A stretch of 64,000 nt of DNA. Origin: Hydrocarboniphaga sp. (GTDB lineage Bacteria > Pseudomonadota > Gammaproteobacteria > Nevskiales > Nevskiaceae). Made by a program: the position numbers and the translations under genes. The stretch lies in contig NZ_JAQGNT010000062.1 of assembly GCF_028291725.1 (NCBI RefSeq), forward strand, positions 2,966 to 66,965, in the 5' to 3' direction. The notes beneath the pieces were generated by a model. The model had not been told where the DNA came from and did not search any database. It saw only the letters and a program-made list of their open reading frames with translations. Shown piece after piece: positions 19,676-29,624 of the stretch. Numbering within the stretch: the stretch's first letter is position 1; each line of letters begins with the position of its first letter.

Positions 19676-22002
19676 TCGACCGGCGCCGGTGACGGCTGCA
19701 GATCGATCTCGATGTGCCGGCTGTCCGGCTCGTCGTCATGATCGCGGCTGACGAAGCCCAGGCTGCGCGCCAGTGCCAGCATCGGCATGTTCTGTCGCAG
19801 CACATCGCCATGAATCCGCTGCAGGCCCTGGCGGCGGCCGTGCGCCAGCAGTTCACCCATCAGCTGGCGGCCGAGCCCGGAGCCAGCGTGGTCGTGATGC
19901 ACCAGCAGCGCGAATTCGCCGCTCTCGCCATACGGGTCGGTCACCAGATGTGCGACCGCGCAGATCAGGCTGGGCTCGTCCTCGGCCTCGGCGGTCAGCA
20001 CCAGCTCGCGGTCGTAGTCGATCTGGGTCATGCGCGCCGCCATCTCGTGCGAGAAATAGCGGATCGCGGCGAAGAAGCGCATCCGGATGTCTTCGGGGCG
20101 CAGGCGTTCCAGCAAGGTGATCAGCGCCGGTTCGTCCTCGGGGCGGATCGGCCGCACCCGGTAGCGTCGGCCGCGGCGCGACACGATGATCTTGCCCAGT
20201 GTCTCCGGATACGGCGCCAGCACCAGACGCTGGCGTTCCGGTGCCGGCTGCGCATCGAGCTGCAGCTGCGCGTCACCGCTGCGGTGCAACTCGCCGGCCG
20301 CATCGACGGCCAGCGTCAGGCGCAGCGCCGCGATCGGCGCCAGATCCAGCGCCATCTGCGATACGCCGGACAGCGCCCGCATCAGCGGCGCCTGCATCGC
20401 CGCCGGCAAGGCCAGCTCCATCGCCTCGATCATGCGCTGCGCGAGCAGGCCGTCGAGTGGCGGAAACGCGCGCGCGGTGGTCGAGCGCAGCAGGCCGCTG
20501 ACCGCGGTGATCGTAAGATGCGTGCCGAACTCGCGATGCCGCTCGATCGCCAGCTCGAACTGCTGCGCGCCGGTGTCGGCCGACGATGACGGCAGCCGGT
20601 AGCGATCCAGCAGATCGTTCGCTGCGGCGGCATCGAGCGTGAGACAAGCACGTGATAGCGCGGCGTCGAGCAGGCCGCGCGCGGTTTCGCAATCCACCAC
20701 GGCGCGCTCCGACGGCGGCGGCGTCTGCATCAGCAGCTCGCGGGTGCGGCCATGCAGCCAGCGATAACGCAGCGCGCGCGCCGCCTGGCCGGCGGTGACG
20801 AACGTCGCGAGCCCGGCTTCGGTCGAGCGCCGGCGTGCGTCGAGCGCGGTCTTCAAGCCCAGCCAGACCGTCACCAGACGCGGCCCGAGCTGCGCCGACA
20901 GCAGCGCGTCGACATAAAGCCGGTGCGCCGAATCCAGCTGCGGGCTGTGCACCAGCAGCAGGTAGTCGCACTGCGGGTCGGCGAGCAGCGCGCCGCACAG
21001 ACCGGCCAGCGCCTCGGGCTCGGTCGGGCCGGCGTCGATCGCGCCTTCGAGCCGCCGTGCGCGCGGCGCGAGTTGGTGGATCGCGTCAAAGGTCTCGTCG
21101 CTGCAGGCGCCGAGTGCGAGCTGCTGCCGCAGCACCGCATCGACGCCCAGCGCGCACAGCCCGGCGCCATTGCCGACCGTCATCACGCGCACCCGATCGC
21201 GGGCCGGAATCCGCGCCAGCGCGGTCAGCGCGTCGAACAGGCCATCCAAGGTCAGGCACTCGACCAGCCCGGCGCGAGCGAATGCCGCGCTACGCACCGG
21301 ATCGGCGCCGCTGAGCGCCGCGCGGCCGCCGACGCGGCTTTGCAGCACGACCACCGGCTTGAGGCGCGCACAGGCCCGCGCGGCCGACATGAACTTGCGC
21401 CCGCCGCGCACCGCACCGACCTGCAGAATCACCGCGCGCGTATTCGGATCGAGCGCGGCGACGTCGAGAAAGTCGGCGACGTCGGCGTCCTGTTCGGCGC
21501 CGGTGGTCACCGCCCAGGAGAAACCGATGCCGCGGCCGCTGGCCCAGTCGATCGCAGCGGCGGCGATCGAGCCCGACTGCGTGATCAGCGCCAGCGAGCC
21601 GGCGGCCATGTCCGGCGGAAACTCGCCGGCCGACAGGCCGCTGCCATGGAAAAAACCGGCGGAACGCGGCCCGAGGAATCGCAGCCGGTGCGGGCGCGCC
21701 GCCTGCAGCACCGCGTCCGGAATCGGATCGGCACTCGGCCAGATCACGCCGCGACAGCCCGACTCCGCCAGCGCCGCGATGGCGCGCGGCCCGATCAGCC
21801 GCGCATCGAACACCACCGCCAGCCGCTGCAGGCTGGCGCGCTTGAGCTGCGCATGCAGCGCCGGTTTCGAGACGACCTGCTCCAGCGAAGCCGCGCTCGC
21901 AGCCAGACGCTGCAGCAGGCCGCGCTCGAGCGCCGTGGTCGGCTCGCCGATCGCCAGCACGTCGCGGCTGCGCAACAGCTTGTCGAGATTCTGGCCGCTC
22001 AT
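19666..22002 (-). CDS. Pat/YfiQ-type protein lysine acetyltransferase (acyl-CoA ligase-like + GNAT)
   Basis: LITQSG, ARLKPVVVL, GNGAG; C-terminal RPIRPEDEP...RMTQIDYDRE...EFALLV...GLGRQLM GNAT domain. Confidence 0.85.
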   Translation of the reverse strand: MSGQNLDKLLRSRDVLAIGEPTTALERGLLQRLAASAASLEQVVSKPALHAQLKRASLQRLAVVFDARLIGPRAIAALAESGCRGVIWPSADPIPDAVLQAARPHRLRFLGPRSAGFFHGSGLSAGEFPPDMAAGSLALITQSGSIAAAAIDWASGRGIGFSWAVTTGAEQDADVADFLDVAALDPNTRAVILQVGAVRGGRKFMSAARACARLKPVVVLQSRVGGRAALSGADPVRSAAFARAGLVECLTLDGLFDALTALARIPARDRVRVMTVGNGAGLCALGVDAVLRQQLALGACSDETFDAIHQLAPRARRLEGAIDAGPTEPEALAGLCGALLADPQCDYLLLVHSPQLDSAHRLYVDALLSAQLGPRLVTVWLGLKTALDARRRSTEAGLATFVTAGQAARALRYRWLHGRTRELLMQTPPPSERAVVDCETARGLLDAALSRACLTLDAAAANDLLDRYRLPSSSADTGAQQFELAIERHREFGTHLTITAVSGLLRSTTARAFPPLDGLLAQRMIEAMELALPAAMQAPLMRALSGVSQMALDLAPIAALRLTLAVDAAGELHRSGDAQLQLDAQPAPERQRLVLAPYPETLGKIIVSRRGRRYRVRPIRPEDEPALITLLERLRPEDIRMRFFAAIRYFSHEMAARMTQIDYDRELVLTAEAEDEPSLICAVAHLVTDPYGESGEFALLVHHDHAGSGLGRQLMGELLAHGRRQGLQRIHGDVLRQNMPMLALARSLGFVSRDHDDEPDSRHIEIDLQPSPAPVDQR

Positions 22003-22009
22003 GCGCCGC

Positions 22010-22939
22010 TCATGCGCCGATAAACGGCCGCACGAAAGCTTCGACACAGCGCGCCAGCGCATGCGGGTTGTAGCCGCCTTCCAGCATCGCGACGACGCGG
22101 TTCTTGCAGCGGCGCGCGGCGAAGTCGCGGATCTGAGTGCCGGTCCAGTAGAAATCCTCGTCGCTCAGGCACAGCCCGGCCATCGGATCGCGCGCATGGG
22201 CGTCGAAGCCGGCGGATACGAAAATCATCTGCGGATCGAATTCTTCCAGCGCCGGCAGCCAGTGGTTCTGCACCGCGTCGCGATACGCCTCGCTGCCGGC
22301 GCCTTCGGCCAGCGGCATGTCGATCAGCCCCGGCGCATCGGGATCACCGGCCCAGTAGGGATACAGCGGATGCTGGTAGGTCGAGCACAGCAGCACGCGC
22401 GGCTCCTTGCGGAAAATGTCCGCGGTGCCGTTGCCGTAATGCACGTCGAAGTCGAGCACCGCGACGCGCGGGATACCGCGCGCCAGCGCTTCGGCAGCGG
22501 CCACCGCGATGTTATTGAAGAAACAAAAACCCATCGCGCGATCGCGCTCGGCATGATGCCCCGGCGGCCGCACGTTGCAGAACACGAAGCCGGCCCGTTG
22601 CGACAGCAGCAGCTCGACCGCCAGCACGCCGGCACCGGCCGCATGTAGTGCGGCCTCGGCGGTGTGGGCGTTCATCGAGGTATCCGGATCGATGTGCACC
22701 AAGCCTACGGCCGGATGCGTACCGAGCACCGCTTCGACATGCTCGGCGCCGTGCACGCGCAGCAGGGCCTCGGCGCTGGCGGACGGGGCTTCGGCGCGAT
22801 GCAGGAACAGATCCAGGCCGGTGGCCAGCAACCGGTCCTCGATCGCCGCCAGGCGCTCCGGACATTCCGGATGCTCGTCCTCCATCCGGTGCAGCCGGCA
22901 ACTCGGATGCGTGATCCAGTAGCTGGGCAGCGCGGCCAT
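22010..22939 (-). CDS. histone deacetylase family protein
   Basis: HPECPER, RPPGHHA, GFCFFNN, DFDVHYGNGT, SAGFDAH, LEGGY. Confidence 0.93.
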   Translation of the reverse strand: MAALPSYWITHPSCRLHRMEDEHPECPERLAAIEDRLLATGLDLFLHRAEAPSASAEALLRVHGAEHVEAVLGTHPAVGLVHIDPDTSMNAHTAEAALHAAGAGVLAVELLLSQRAGFVFCNVRPPGHHAERDRAMGFCFFNNIAVAAAEALARGIPRVAVLDFDVHYGNGTADIFRKEPRVLLCSTYQHPLYPYWAGDPDAPGLIDMPLAEGAGSEAYRDAVQNHWLPALEEFDPQMIFVSAGFDAHARDPMAGLCLSDEDFYWTGTQIRDFAARRCKNRVVAMLEGGYNPHALARCVEAFVRPFIGA

Positions 22940-23021
22940 CGTGACTCCGGTGATCAATCGACGCCCGATTGAAGCACGAGTCCGCGCGGATTTCGCTGAC
23001 GCCGGTCAACAGGGCGTAGGC

Positions 23022-23099
23022 GTAGGTTGGGGTGAGCGCAGCGAACCCCAACATTGATTCGCGCCGATGTTGGGGTTCGCTGCGCTCACCCCAACCTAC
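23022..23099. repeat. REP family B doublet (GTAGGTTGGGGTGAGCGCAGCGAACCCCAAC)
   Basis: Inverted pair; supplies the rhomboid stop codon. Confidence 0.9.
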
Positions 23100-23668
23100 A
23101 CCGGTTTGCGCCAGATCCACAGCAGCGCCAGGCCGCCGATCAATCCGCCCAGGTGAGCAAAGTGCGCGACACCGGCAAACGTGCCGGTCACGCCCGAATA
23201 CAGTTCCACCGCCGCGTACAGGCTGACGAACACCGGTGCCGGCAACGGGATCGGCGGGATCAGCAGGATCACCTTGCGCCGCGGATACAGCCAGGCAAAC
23301 GCGGCGAGCACGCCGAACAGACCGCCGGAAGCCCCAACCGTCGGCACCGGATCGCGGGCGAAGAACGAGGTGAACGCGAGCTGCGCGAAGCTCGCAGTCA
23401 GCACACTCGCGGCATAGAGCTGGGCGAAGCGCGAGGAGCCGAGCGCGCGCTCGACGTCGCGGCCGAACATCCAGACACCCAGCATGTTGGTACCCAGGTG
23501 CATCAGGCTGCCATGCAGGAAGGCGCAAGTGACGATCTGCCAGGGCGCGAACCCGGCCTGCAGCGGCCACAGCGCGAAGTCTCGCAGCATTACGTCGCCG
23601 AGCAGCATCTGCAGGCCGAAGATCAGCAGATTGACAACGAGCAGCGCGTAGGTAACGGGAGTCATCAT
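23096..23668 (-). CDS. rhomboid intramembrane serine protease
   Basis: FLHGSLMHLGTN, GASGG, AHLGG, multiple TMs. Confidence 0.9.
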   Translation of the reverse strand: MMTPVTYALLVVNLLIFGLQMLLGDVMLRDFALWPLQAGFAPWQIVTCAFLHGSLMHLGTNMLGVWMFGRDVERALGSSRFAQLYAASVLTASFAQLAFTSFFARDPVPTVGASGGLFGVLAAFAWLYPRRKVILLIPPIPLPAPVFVSLYAAVELYSGVTGTFAGVAHFAHLGGLIGGLALLWIWRKPV

Positions 23669-23700
23669 AGGGCCTGGCTTAGCGAGTAGCGCGGCAGGGC

Positions 23701-23780
23701 GTAGGTCGGCAATCCCTTGCCGACATGAGGCCCCGATTGCACATCGTGCTTCGCACGTCGGCAAGGGATTGCCGACCTAC
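23701..23780. repeat. REP family A doublet
   Basis: Inverted pair; supplies the DUF748 gene stop codon. Confidence 0.9.
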
Positions 23781-24841
23781 GGTTTTGCGTCCGGCTTCGG
23801 CTCGAGATTCTCGAAGTTCGGCTTATAGGCCTCGACGAAGGCGTTCCTCAGTATCGCCAGAATCGCCGTTACCGGATGGGTCTCGGTTGCACCGATCTCG
23901 CCACTGATTTCGATGCGTGTCGCGAACTGGTCTTTGCGATGATTCTTGAACAGCTCGGTGAACAGCCCCGCGGTCGCCTCCCAGGCCAGGCGCAGCGGAT
24001 TCTTCTGCTGCTGCTCGACGTCCTGCTTCCAGCTGAAGATTTTCAGATCCTGGAATAGCGGCTTGGCGTAGCCGCGCAGATGCCCGTCGTGCGCGTCGAG
24101 CTCGGTGACAAACTCGCCGTGGCCGGAGGCGAAATCCAGCTTGGCGTAGGCGCGCGCAAAATCGTTGGCCTCGACGACGTCGATGTCGAGAATCCGCAGG
24201 CGCAGGCTGAAATCACGCGATTCGTTGAACGGATCGAACTCCGCATGCGCCTCGGCCGGCGCCTTGCCCAGCATCTGCGCATGGGCATCGAACACCGCGA
24301 CTCGGCGGCCGCTCGCGTCCTCGACATTGGTCAGATTGCGCACGCTGCCGTTGACCTGGGTCGCGCGCAAATCAACGGGCGGCTCCGACACGAAATTGTG
24401 GAATACCAGCACGCCGTCGATCACCTGGATCTCGTCGATGCGTACCGGCATCAGCTTCTCCAGCTGCGAGCGCCAGTCCACGCCCTTGCCGCTCTGGCCA
24501 TCGGCTTCGCCGCGGCCGTCGACGAAGTTCAGTTCGGCCTGGTAGAACTCCACGCTCGCGACGACCTTGCCGCGCACCAGATCGCGCCAGCGCACCGCCA
24601 GCTCGGTGCGCGGCGCTTTCAGCAGCGGCAGCGGCACCTTGCCGGTGTTCTTGACGATCGCCAGGTCGTGGATCGTGTACGCGCCGCGCCACAGATGCAG
24701 GTCCACTTCGCTGAACTGGCCGTGATAGCTGCCCATCGTCGCCAATCGGGCGTTCAGGTAGCTCGTGACCCAATAGGGCAGCGTCATCCGCAACAGCACC
24801 AGCAGCACCGCAATGCCGATGATCACGCTCAAGGATCGCAT
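23777..24841 (-). CDS. DUF748/AsmA-like protein
   Basis: N-terminal TM, DLHLWRGAY, GYAKPLF, DQFATRI, ILRNAFV. Confidence 0.8.
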   Translation of the reverse strand: MRSLSVIIGIAVLLVLLRMTLPYWVTSYLNARLATMGSYHGQFSEVDLHLWRGAYTIHDLAIVKNTGKVPLPLLKAPRTELAVRWRDLVRGKVVASVEFYQAELNFVDGRGEADGQSGKGVDWRSQLEKLMPVRIDEIQVIDGVLVFHNFVSEPPVDLRATQVNGSVRNLTNVEDASGRRVAVFDAHAQMLGKAPAEAHAEFDPFNESRDFSLRLRILDIDVVEANDFARAYAKLDFASGHGEFVTELDAHDGHLRGYAKPLFQDLKIFSWKQDVEQQQKNPLRLAWEATAGLFTELFKNHRKDQFATRIEISGEIGATETHPVTAILAILRNAFVEAYKPNFENLEPKPDAKP

Positions 24842-24903
24842 CCTGCGATTCATGCAAGAGACTCCATCACGCCGCAAGCATCCATTCTCAAGGAGCGGGC
24901 ACC

Positions 24904-25077
24904 ATGAAGGAAAAAACCGAGCAGCACCAGCGCAAGCAGACCGAGCAGGAGCATCCGCCGGTTCCGAGCATCGACACCCAGGACCGCGTGGACGAAGCCT
25001 CCTACGACTCGTTCCCGGCCAGCGACCCGCCGGCGCACAACGCCAGCCGCGAAAAGCCGACAGCAAAACCCAGCTGA
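24904..25077 (+). CDS. 57-aa small protein with SFPASDPP motif (absent from the ORF track)
   Basis: AAGGAG RBS; reads ...DRVDEASYDSFPASDPPAHN... Confidence 0.75.
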   Translation: MKEKTEQHQRKQTEQEHPPVPSIDTQDRVDEASYDSFPASDPPAHNASREKPTAKPS

Positions 25078-25293
25078 TCGAGCTCGAGGCGAGGCGCAGG
25101 CTTGAGGGGCGATGGCGGCCCTTCGTCCGCCTCACCGCAGCCCAGGGCCCGACCTGCAGGAGCCGTCCTCAGCAAGCTTGATGATGACGCGCATGCGCGC
25201 TTGGGCATACGCTCATTGGAGGACGAGCCGGTCTTTCGATGCTGGGCATTGCCCAGCGGGCCAGATCGCGCGGTGGCGGACAGGGGATGAAAA

Positions 25294-27468
25294 ATGCTCA
25301 CAAGCAGCTTGCAGCGGCTGGGACAAACATCGTTTGTCCGCTTTGTCGAAGACCTGGTACGCATTGGTGTCATCGGTGCGTTTCCGTTCGCCAGTATCGC
25401 CTTGCTCGCCGTCGTGCTCTCGGTTCCCCAGGGCCAGGACGTGCTGCGGGTATTGCTTGAGAAGTCGCGCAACGAACACGACATCGCCGACCTGATCTGC
25501 CTGGCGCTCACCGCTTTGATGCAGTCGCTATCGGTCTGGTATTGCCTCAGATGGCTGCTCACCGGCCAGTTTTCGGGGCTGCCGCTGCAGATCCCGGAAG
25601 GACATTGGCTGCGCCGCTGGATTCCCCGTGTCGGCGGCGCTTCGATCCCGGCGTCAATCGCGCTCTCGCTGGCGTTTATCCCGAACCGGCATCCCGTCGA
25701 CTGGATCTGGATCGGCGGCTTCATCGCGCTGGCCGTGGCGCTGATCGTGTTCTTCATCGGACGCCGGATGCTGCTGGACACGCTGGGCGATCAGCGCGCA
25801 CAGGTCGCGCCGCACGTAGCGCTGCCACCCGGCACGGTTCGAATCATGGCCTGGGCGCTTGCGCTGAGCTTCGCGATCACGGGGATTTTCATCGCGTTTC
25901 CTGTCACCGCCCCACGCGCCCTTGGTGCAGCCGCTCTACTGCCATTGGCACTGGCCAGCATCAACCTGTTCGGAAGCATGCTGCTGACCTGGCTTCCATT
26001 GAAGAATGGCCTGCCGATACTCACGCTTGCGGTGCTGGTCTGGGCGACGATCTGCGGCCTGTTCAACGACAATCACCGCGTGCGCACGACTACTGCGCTG
26101 CCGGGGAGCCTCGAAACGGAGCAGCGTCCCACTCTCGAGGAACAGTTCGTCAGCTGGAGTGCTCGCCACAATGCCGACGGCTCAGCGCCCTACGTCGTCA
26201 TCGCGACCGAAGGTGGCGGCATTCGGGCGGCGTTCTGGACGGCCGCGATTCTCGAAGAACTGTCGCATCGCATCCCGGGCCTGAGCAGCCGCATCTTCGC
26301 TGTCAGCGGCGTTTCCGGCGGCAGTCTCGGCGCCTCGGCCTGGCTGGCAAGCCTGCCGCCAACGGATCGCGCGGCGACCAGCGCATGCACGGCAACGCAG
26401 TCGCTGCAGGGCGACTACCTGGCTCCGGCGATCGCTGGCGTGCTGTTCGGCGACGCGATCCAGCGGTTTCTGCCGTTCAAGTTTCCGCGGCAGATACTGG
26501 ACCGGTCCAGGGCGATCGAGGAAAGCTGGGCCGATGCCTTCGATCAATGCCCGGAACAGCGCATGTGGCACACTTTGCGGGAGATCTACTCGAAGTCGGT
26601 TGCGCCGGACCTGCCCTCGGTGTTCCTGAATACGACGATCGTCGAAACCGGCCAGCGCGCCATCCAGTCCAATGTCCAGGTCCAATTCGACGACGCCGTG
26701 GATCTGCAAGCCGCGAAGTTCTCGAGCGCCTATCAGCCGCTGGCCGGCGTTACCCACAACAGTGCGCGGTTCCCGCTGATCAGCCCCGCCGGCACGGTGC
26801 TTGAGTTCAATGGCAAGAAATGGGCGCCGCGTTATCGCGTCGTCGATGGTGGCTACTTCGACAACTCCGGTGCCGCCACGGCCTTCGACATCATCCATCA
26901 GCTCCAGACATCGAAGAGCGATGACGTCGGCAAGCGGCGCCCGATACTGCTGATCATCCGCAACGATGCCGACGCGGAGAATCTGTGTGCAACGCCAGAC
27001 TGCAGGAAGCTGATCAAGGCGGCCGGCGACCAGAAAATCGCAGCCACACAGTTGGTAGAAAAAGAAAAAGCGAAACGCTGTTCAACTACGGCGGGAACCA
27101 AGCCAGGCAACGTCGGCCCCAGTTCGATTCTCCCGGAGACCTCGTCGATCATCCTGGGGCTCTACAACGCACGTTCCGCTCACGCCCGCCTGGCAGCACT
27201 GGCCGCGGTGCGCGAGCTAGCGCAATCGCGTGCCGACGCATCAGCGGACTCCGCGACACCGGCCGCCGTCTACGAACTGGCTTTTCACATGCCAGACCCC
27301 TGCTCCGACAACGACGTCGCGCCGCCGCTGGGCTGGGTACTGTCGAATGCTTCGCAGGCTACGATGAGAAAATCGGCGGCAACGCTCGCCAGCAGCATCG
27401 CCGATGACCTGGCGGCACTGCTGCATCTCCAAGCGTTCAAAGCTCCTTGGCCAGACGCAGGCCGCTGA
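25294..27468 (+). CDS. multi-TM patatin-like phospholipase
   Basis: About 7 N-terminal TMs, EGGGIRA, GVSGGS nucleophile elbow, VDGGYFDN, PPLGW. Confidence 0.8.
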   Translation: MLTSSLQRLGQTSFVRFVEDLVRIGVIGAFPFASIALLAVVLSVPQGQDVLRVLLEKSRNEHDIADLICLALTALMQSLSVWYCLRWLLTGQFSGLPLQIPEGHWLRRWIPRVGGASIPASIALSLAFIPNRHPVDWIWIGGFIALAVALIVFFIGRRMLLDTLGDQRAQVAPHVALPPGTVRIMAWALALSFAITGIFIAFPVTAPRALGAAALLPLALASINLFGSMLLTWLPLKNGLPILTLAVLVWATICGLFNDNHRVRTTTALPGSLETEQRPTLEEQFVSWSARHNADGSAPYVVIATEGGGIRAAFWTAAILEELSHRIPGLSSRIFAVSGVSGGSLGASAWLASLPPTDRAATSACTATQSLQGDYLAPAIAGVLFGDAIQRFLPFKFPRQILDRSRAIEESWADAFDQCPEQRMWHTLREIYSKSVAPDLPSVFLNTTIVETGQRAIQSNVQVQFDDAVDLQAAKFSSAYQPLAGVTHNSARFPLISPAGTVLEFNGKKWAPRYRVVDGGYFDNSGAATAFDIIHQLQTSKSDDVGKRRPILLIIRNDADAENLCATPDCRKLIKAAGDQKIAATQLVEKEKAKRCSTTAGTKPGNVGPSSILPETSSIILGLYNARSAHARLAALAAVRELAQSRADASADSATPAAVYELAFHMPDPCSDNDVAPPLGWVLSNASQATMRKSAATLASSIADDLAALLHLQAFKAPWPDAGR

Positions 27469-28720
27469 ACTGCCAGCGCGCGTCGGCGGGAAAGAAGTTG
27501 CGATAGCTGGAACGCAAATGCGAGCGCGACGATGCACAGGACCCGCCGCGCAGCACCCACTGGTTGCTCATGAATTTTCCGCTGTATTGGCCGACCGCAC
27601 CGGGGCCTGCCCGGTAACCGGGGTAAGCGATATAGGGGCTCGCGGTCCAGCACCAGACCGAACCGTAGATCGGCTCTGACGAGTGTTCGGTGACGATGCG
27701 CGGATGCAGTTCGCCGTCGGGCTGGTCGGCGAACTGGCCGGTGATGCGCCGGCCCCGGGCGGCCTGCTCCCATTCGAATTCGGTCGGCAAACGTGCTCCG
27801 GCCCAGCGTGCGTAGGCATCGGCCTCGAAAAAGCCGATATGGCAAACCGGGCGCTGCGCGTCGATCGCGTGCGTGCCGTGCAGCGTGAACTCGGCATCGA
27901 GTGTGTCGTTCCAGTACAGCGGATGCTGCCAGCGCTGCGCTTCGACCTGCGCCCAGCCTTCGGACAGCCACAGGCGCGGATCGCGATATCCGCCGTCGCG
28001 GATGAACTCGGCGTATTCGCCATTGGTGACCACGCGCGAGGCCAGCGCATAGGGCCGCAGCAGGACCCGGTGGCGTGGACCCTCGTTGTCGAACGCGAAG
28101 CCACGACCGGCATGGCCGATACCGACGATCCCGCCTTGATGCTCGCGCCACCGGAACGGCGGCGCTTCCGCCGCCATCAGGTTCTGCGGCCGGTATTCCG
28201 GCATCAGCGGGTTCTGCGCGAACAGATGCTTGATATCGGTGAGCAGCAGTTCCTGGTGCTGCTGCTCGTGATGCAGGCCGAGTTCCAGAAAATCGACTGC
28301 GGCCGGTGGCAGTGAATCGCGCAGCAGACCCTCCAGCAGCAGGCGGTCGACGTAGTGACGATAGGCCATGACCTCGTGCACGCTCGGCCGCGTCAACAGG
28401 CCGCGCTGATGGCGCGGATGCCGTCCGCCCGCACCTTGATCATCGGAGTTGAACAGGGACTCGAACCGCGGATGGAATACCTGGTAGTCGGCGCAATAGG
28501 GTTTGAGCACGAAGGTTTCGAAGAACCAGGTCGTATGCGCGAGATGCCACTTGGCCGGACTCGCATCCGGCATGCTCTGCGCGCCAGCGTCTTCGCCCGA
28601 CAGCGGCGCAGCGAGTTCCCGGGTATACGAGCGTATTCCCGCGAAACGCGCGGCCAGTGCTTCGTCGCGCGACGCAACGTCGATACGGTCGACCGCGACC
28701 GAAGGATTGAGCGGGGACAT
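27437..28720 (-). CDS. egtB: ergothioneine sulfoxide synthase
   Basis: QSMPDASPAKWHLAHTTWFFETF, HHEQQHQELL, FDNEGPRH, FGE-like C-terminus (LRGGSC...YRNFF...GLRLA). Confidence 0.88.
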   Translation of the reverse strand: MSPLNPSVAVDRIDVASRDEALAARFAGIRSYTRELAAPLSGEDAGAQSMPDASPAKWHLAHTTWFFETFVLKPYCADYQVFHPRFESLFNSDDQGAGGRHPRHQRGLLTRPSVHEVMAYRHYVDRLLLEGLLRDSLPPAAVDFLELGLHHEQQHQELLLTDIKHLFAQNPLMPEYRPQNLMAAEAPPFRWREHQGGIVGIGHAGRGFAFDNEGPRHRVLLRPYALASRVVTNGEYAEFIRDGGYRDPRLWLSEGWAQVEAQRWQHPLYWNDTLDAEFTLHGTHAIDAQRPVCHIGFFEADAYARWAGARLPTEFEWEQAARGRRITGQFADQPDGELHPRIVTEHSSEPIYGSVWCWTASPYIAYPGYRAGPGAVGQYSGKFMSNQWVLRGGSCASSRSHLRSSYRNFFPADARWQFSGLRLAKEL

Positions 28721-28824
28721 CAGCGCGCGCTCCGATGGTGCAGCCTGGCCAGCGCGGGCCTTGCGGTCTCCGGCAACTTGCCCGGCACACCGCGGCGTAT
28801 CGCTCGATTTACAAGGCTCCGCAT
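28720..28824 (-). CDS. 34-aa leader ORF coupled to egtB
   Basis: GAGGAG RBS; its TGA overlaps the egtB ATG (TGATG). Confidence 0.45.
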   Translation of the reverse strand: MRSLVNRAIRRGVPGKLPETARPALARLHHRSAR

Positions 28825-28884
28825 TTCGTCTCTCCTCACGAACGCGACTTTATAGGCACACGACATCTGCGCACACGACTACAG

Positions 28885-28900
28885 AGCAACCACCATGCCG
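28885..28900 (-). promoter_or_regulatory. sigma54 (-24/-12) promoter upstream of egtB
   Basis: Minus strand CGGCATG-GTGG-TTGCT (GG-N10-GC); palindrome CGCAATGTTGCG just upstream. Confidence 0.65.
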
Positions 28901-29008
28901 GTGCTTATGGCTCGGTCTCGCAATGTTGCGTGCCGACGCCCGGGGGCAGTCGGTCCAGCTTAGTGGTAGCGTTTCGAACGCTGACCAGTATCTACCTTGG
29001 AGAATGTC

Positions 29009-29218
29009 ATGATCGATCACGTCTACAAGTCTTTGGAGTTGACTGGCTCGTCCTCGAAGAGCAGCGACGACGCGGTCAAAACAGCGATCTCGCGTGCGTC
29101 AAAGTCCATTCGCAACATCAAGTGGTTCCAGGTGACGGATGTTCGGGGACATGTGGCTGACGGAAACGTGGCTCATTGGCAGGTCACGATCAAGGTCGGG
29201 TTCACTCTCGAAGAGTGA
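29009..29218 (+). CDS. dodecin flavin-binding protein
   Basis: HVYKSLELTGSS...WFQV...RGHV...WQVTIKVGFTLE. Confidence 0.93.
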   Translation: MIDHVYKSLELTGSSSKSSDDAVKTAISRASKSIRNIKWFQVTDVRGHVADGNVAHWQVTIKVGFTLEE

Positions 29219-29624
29219 GCCCTGCAAAAGGCGAGCTTCACCCTCGGCGACACCCTCAGCGACGTTTGACAACATCGTTTCGTAGGACGGTCTTGCTGTT
29301 GTAGCGCGTGGCTGGGAATAGCGGCGAGGGTTGATGCCCTGTTTGCGGGCTCGCTCAGGCGCCCGTCTCGGGCTCTTCACTGTCCACCATGTCAGCGCCT
29401 GTGGCCATGGCGCGATGGTGTCGGCCCGGTTTTTGTTAGGCCTACGTTTGGATTCGACCCGCTATTGTTACGCCGGGCCCACAAAACGATGTTGCAGTGC
29501 AGCGTGATCGTACCGAAGACCAAGCCGATCTTTCCGGCAGCACGCTGCGGGCTCCAGGCAAGCCGGCACCGCAAGCCATGGTGCATATTAGTTACCAGCA
29601 AGATCATCCATCAGGAGAGTCCTT

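Noticed and set aside
29530..29590. sigma54 promoter for the yqjD-like cluster
   Set aside because: GGCA motifs are present but none has GG-N10-GC spacing.
29219..29600. 400-bp intergenic stretch after dodecin as an RNA or small ORF
   Set aside because: No convincing RBS-ORF, stable hairpin series or terminator was seen.
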